From an uncultured Alphaproteobacteria bacterium (GTDB lineage: Bacteria; Pseudomonadota; Alphaproteobacteria; Rhizobiales; Xanthobacteraceae): a stretch of DNA of 64,000 nt. Made by a program: the position numbers and the translations under genes. Shown in pieces: positions 60,743 through 64,000 of the stretch. Location: contig CAVWDA010000035.1 of assembly GCA_963753455.1 (NCBI GenBank), forward strand, positions 142,419-206,418, in the 5' to 3' direction. Position 1 is the first letter of the stretch; the number at the start of each line of letters is the position of its first letter. The notes under the pieces were generated by a model, which was not told the DNA's origin, ran no database searches, and saw only the letters and a list, made by a program, of their open reading frames with translations.

Positions 60743-61957
60743 ATGCCAATGGCCAAGAATTCATCGCGTGCAGTGGGACGTCATTTCCTCCACATCCCGG
60801 GGCCGACCCCGCTTCCCGACCGCGTGCTGCGGGCGATGGATACGCCCATCATCGACCACCGCGGGCCGGAATTCGCCAAGCTGACGAAAAAATGCCTGGA
60901 AGGCATCAAGACCATTTTCAAGACCAGCAATCCGGTGATCATCTACACCGCGACCGGCACCGGCGCCTGGGAAGCAGCCCTCGTCAATACATTGTCGCCC
61001 GGCGACAAAGTACTGATGGTGGAGACCGGTCAGTTCGCCACGCTGTGGAAGAAGATGGCGGAGAAGATCGGGCTCAAGCCTGAGTTTATCACCACCGACT
61101 GGCGCAACGGCGCCGACCCGGAAGCGATCGAAGCGAAGCTGCGTGAAGACAAGAACAAGGAAATCAAAGCGGTCTGCATCCTGCATAACGAAACCTCGAC
61201 CGGCGCGCTCACTCCGGTCGCGGAAATCCGCAAGGCGATCGACGCCGCCGGCCACCCGGCGCTGTTCTTTGTCGACACCATCTCGTCGCTCGCCTCCACC
61301 GACTACCGGCACGACGAATGGGGCGTCGACGTTTCCGTCGGCGGCGCGCAGAAGGGCCTGATGCTGCCGCCCGGCATGTCGTTCAACGCCATCAGCGACA
61401 AGGCGCTGGCGGCGAACAAGACCGCCAAGCTGCCGAAGTCGTTCTTCGCCTGGGACGAGATGCTGGCCATGAACAAGGTCGGCTTCTTCCCCTACACGCC
61501 GGCGACGCAAATGCTGCAGGGCCTAAGCGTCGGCATCGACATGCTGCACGAGGAAGGCCTCGACAACGTGTTCGCCCGGCATCACCGTCTGGCGGAAGCC
61601 ACCCGGCGCGCGGTCAAGGCCTGGGGACTGGAGAACCTCAACAAGAACGCCAGCCAGTATTCGCCGACGATCACCGCCATCCTGCTGCCGGAAGGCCACG
61701 ACGCCGACAAATTCCGAGCGCTGGCACTGGAGAATTTCAACATCTCCTACGGCGCGAGCTTCGGCGCATTTGCCGGCAAGTATTTCCGCATCGGCCATCT
61801 CGGCGACGTCAACGACACCATGATGATCGGCGCGCTCGGCGCGACCGAAATGGCGCTCGGCCTCGCCGGTATCCCGCACAAGAAAGGCGGCGCGCAGGCA
61901 GCGATAGATTACCTCGTCTCGGCTCACTCCGGCGCGGCCAAGCAGGCGGCGGAGTAA
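60743..61957 (+). CDS. sgaA: Serine-glyoxylate aminotransferase (class V)
   Basis: GRHFLHIPGPT, GTGAWEAA, HNETSTG, VDTISS, QKGLMLPPG, FRIGHLG. Confidence 0.88.
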   Translation: MPMAKNSSRAVGRHFLHIPGPTPLPDRVLRAMDTPIIDHRGPEFAKLTKKCLEGIKTIFKTSNPVIIYTATGTGAWEAALVNTLSPGDKVLMVETGQFATLWKKMAEKIGLKPEFITTDWRNGADPEAIEAKLREDKNKEIKAVCILHNETSTGALTPVAEIRKAIDAAGHPALFFVDTISSLASTDYRHDEWGVDVSVGGAQKGLMLPPGMSFNAISDKALAANKTAKLPKSFFAWDEMLAMNKVGFFPYTPATQMLQGLSVGIDMLHEEGLDNVFARHHRLAEATRRAVKAWGLENLNKNASQYSPTITAILLPEGHDADKFRALALENFNISYGASFGAFAGKYFRIGHLGDVNDTMMIGALGATEMALGLAGIPHKKGGAQAAIDYLVSAHSGAAKQAAE

Positions 61958-61978
61958 AGTTTTCGACAATGATTGGAG

Positions 61979-62007
61979 TGGCCGGCCTTGTGCCGGCCAA
62001 TTTTTTT
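61979..62007 (+). terminator. Terminator/REP-like hairpin after sgaA
   Basis: TGGCCGGC-CTTGT-GCCGGCCA then ATTTTTTT. Confidence 0.65.
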
Positions 62008-62015
62008 AGAACTGG

Positions 62016-62825
62016 CTACGCTGCCTTCCGCCAGCCATTCATCGCCAGCACACGGGCGACGAAATCCGACATCGCCTTAAGCGTTGCCTGCGGCGCATCG
62101 CGCTGCGGCGAATGGCGCGCGCCCTTAAGCAGCGCCACCTCGACCGGGCAATAGCACTCCCGCTCCGCGACCTCGATCTGCCTCACCGTGCCGTATTGGT
62201 CGTCCTCGCCCTGCACGATCAGGATGGGCACGCGGATATAGGCGAGGAACTCAGTGATATCCCATTTGCGGAATTCGGGATCGAGCCAGGCGCCGTTCCA
62301 GCCCTTGAAGGCGTTGTCGACGTCGGCATGCCAGCGCGCAAGGCGCGCCCGCAGATCGCCGGTCGCGTAGGCTTTGCGCGCCTCCTCGATCGAGGCGATG
62401 CCCATGTCCTCGGTGAAGAAGTGTGGCGCCATCAGCATCAGGCCGCCGACGCGATGATCCTGATGGCTGCCGGCATAGATCGCCGCGATGGACGCGCCGT
62501 CGCTGTGACCGGCCAGAAGCCCGTGCTTGAAACCGATCGCATCGAGGAGGCCCGGCAACGTCTTGCGCGCCTCGTCGTGCATATAGGTGAGCGGCCGCGG
62601 CAGTTGCACCGGCGACGACTGGCCGTAGCCGGCACGCGAATAGGCGAACACGCCGCAACCGGTCGCTTCTTGCAGTCTATCGGGGAAGTCACCCCACAGA
62701 CCGACGCAGCCCAGACCCTCATGCAGCATGACGATCGTCGGCGCCGCATCAGGCCGCGGGCCAATCATGCGGTATTCGAGTTTCTGGGAACCAATATCGA
62801 GGAAGCCGGAATCTGAAAGGGCCAT
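62016..62825 (-). CDS. Alpha/beta hydrolase
   Basis: LHEGLG, GHSDG nucleophile elbow, QGEDDQYG, HSP. Confidence 0.9.
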   Translation of the reverse strand: MALSDSGFLDIGSQKLEYRMIGPRPDAAPTIVMLHEGLGCVGLWGDFPDRLQEATGCGVFAYSRAGYGQSSPVQLPRPLTYMHDEARKTLPGLLDAIGFKHGLLAGHSDGASIAAIYAGSHQDHRVGGLMLMAPHFFTEDMGIASIEEARKAYATGDLRARLARWHADVDNAFKGWNGAWLDPEFRKWDITEFLAYIRVPILIVQGEDDQYGTVRQIEVAERECYCPVEVALLKGARHSPQRDAPQATLKAMSDFVARVLAMNGWRKAA

Positions 62826-62833
62826 GACAAAGT

Positions 62834-64000
62834 TTATACTTGATCTTCCGCCCTCAATTTAAACCTCTGAATCTTCCCCGTCGCCGTCTTCGGCAACTCG
62901 CTGCGGAATTCGATCCAGCGCGGATACTTGTAGGGCGCGAGCAGGTGCTTGACGTGATCCTGCAAGGTGCGGGCAAGTTCCTCACTCGCCTTGTCCGGCA
63001 ATTTGAGCACAACGAAGGCCTTCGGCTTGACCAGCCGCTCCTCGTCGAACCAACCGACCACCGCGGCCTCCAGCACCTCCGGATGCGACGACAGCGCGGC
63101 TTCGACCTCGAAGGGAGAGACATAGATGCCGGAGACTTTCAGCATATCGTCCTGCCGGCCGGCGCAGACGTAGTAGCCGTCCTCGTCCTGGAAATATTTA
63201 TCGCCCGAGCGGGTCCATTCGCCCTGGAACGTGGTGCGAGATTTCTCGCGGTTGTTCCAGTACATGATCGCGCTGGTCGGTCCGCGCACGTAGAGTTCGC
63301 CCAGTTCGCCCTGCTTCACCGGCGTGCCATCGTCGCCGATCAGCCTGATCTCGTAGCCCGGCACCGGCTTGCCGGTGGTGCCGTACTTGGTCTCGCCCGG
63401 CTTGTTGGTCAGATAGATGTGCAGCATCTCGGTGGTGCCGAGACCATCATAGATGTCGACGCCGTAGCGATCCTTCCAGCGCTGCGCAATCTGCTCGGGC
63501 AGCGCTTCACCGGCCGAAATGCAGCGGCGGATTTTCACTTCCGACTTCTGCGGCGCATTCGGACTCGCCAGAAACGCGGCGTAGAACGTCGGCACTGCGC
63601 AGAACAGCGTGACCGGATGCTGGCGCAGCAGCGCGGCAACACCGTCCGGCGTCGGCCGATCGGGATTGAGCACCGTGGTGGCGCCGACGGTAAGCGGGAA
63701 GGTCATGCCGTTGCCGAGGCCGTAAGCAAAGAACAGTTTCGCCACCGAATAGACCACGTCGCTTTCCTTGTAGCCGGCAATCGGCGTGCCGTAGAGATCG
63801 GCGGTAAGCTTGAGGCTCGAATGCACATGCACCGCACCCTTCGGCTTGCCGGTCGAGCCGGAAGTGTAGAGCCAGAACGCCATGTCGTCGGACGTCGTCG
63901 GCGCGGTGTAGTCTTCCGGCTCGTCGGCACCGATAACGTCGTCGAACAGGCGGTAGCCGTGCGGATTGGCGCCGGATACGATGACGTGATCGAGGTCCGG
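62834..64000 (-). CDS. Benzoate-CoA ligase family protein (5'-truncated by window)
   Basis: AFWLYTSGSTGKPKG, AKLFFAYGLGN, SAGEALP, DGLGTTEMLHI, PKTATGKIQRFKLR; frame stays open to 64000. Confidence 0.92.
   Translation of the reverse strand, partial: PDLDHVIVSGANPHGYRLFDDVIGADEPEDYTAPTTSDDMAFWLYTSGSTGKPKGAVHVHSSLKLTADLYGTPIAGYKESDVVYSVAKLFFAYGLGNGMTFPLTVGATTVLNPDRPTPDGVAALLRQHPVTLFCAVPTFYAAFLASPNAPQKSEVKIRRCISAGEALPEQIAQRWKDRYGVDIYDGLGTTEMLHIYLTNKPGETKYGTTGKPVPGYEIRLIGDDGTPVKQGELGELYVRGPTSAIMYWNNREKSRTTFQGEWTRSGDKYFQDEDGYYVCAGRQDDMLKVSGIYVSPFEVEAALSSHPEVLEAAVVGWFDEERLVKPKAFVVLKLPDKASEELARTLQDHVKHLLAPYKYPRWIEFRSELPKTATGKIQRFKLRAEDQV

Overview
High-GC chromosomal segment of an alphaproteobacterium. 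Gene order and protein similarity suggest Hyphomicrobiales of the Xanthobacteraceae/Nitrobacteraceae type (inference). It holds the conserved pckA/chvI-chvG-hprK-PTS IIA-HPr-ahcY locus and lepA, an L,D-transpeptidase/mepA pair, an AceE-type TPP enzyme, a BtuF-like/DUF6580 pair, map-radC-aat, two PHA genes each with an FNR/FixK-like box, an E1alpha-E1beta-gabD-E2-2-hydroxyacid dehydrogenase operon, a NitT/TauT-type ABC system, sgaA with a divergent FAD/Fe-S oxidoreductase, and the 3' part of a benzoate-CoA ligase. I saw no CRISPR array, rRNA, tRNA, transposase or phage gene. About ten genes are split by frameshifts, nearly all +1 where I traced them, which are probably long-read indel errors. 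The most notable signals are non-coding or repeat-derived: a dispersed palindromic element family with one copy read in frame inside the E2 gene and one copy carrying a nested second element, and a ~330-nt promoter-preceded, highly structured element at 18.8-19.2 kb. Product calls come from motif recognition only; no database searches were run.
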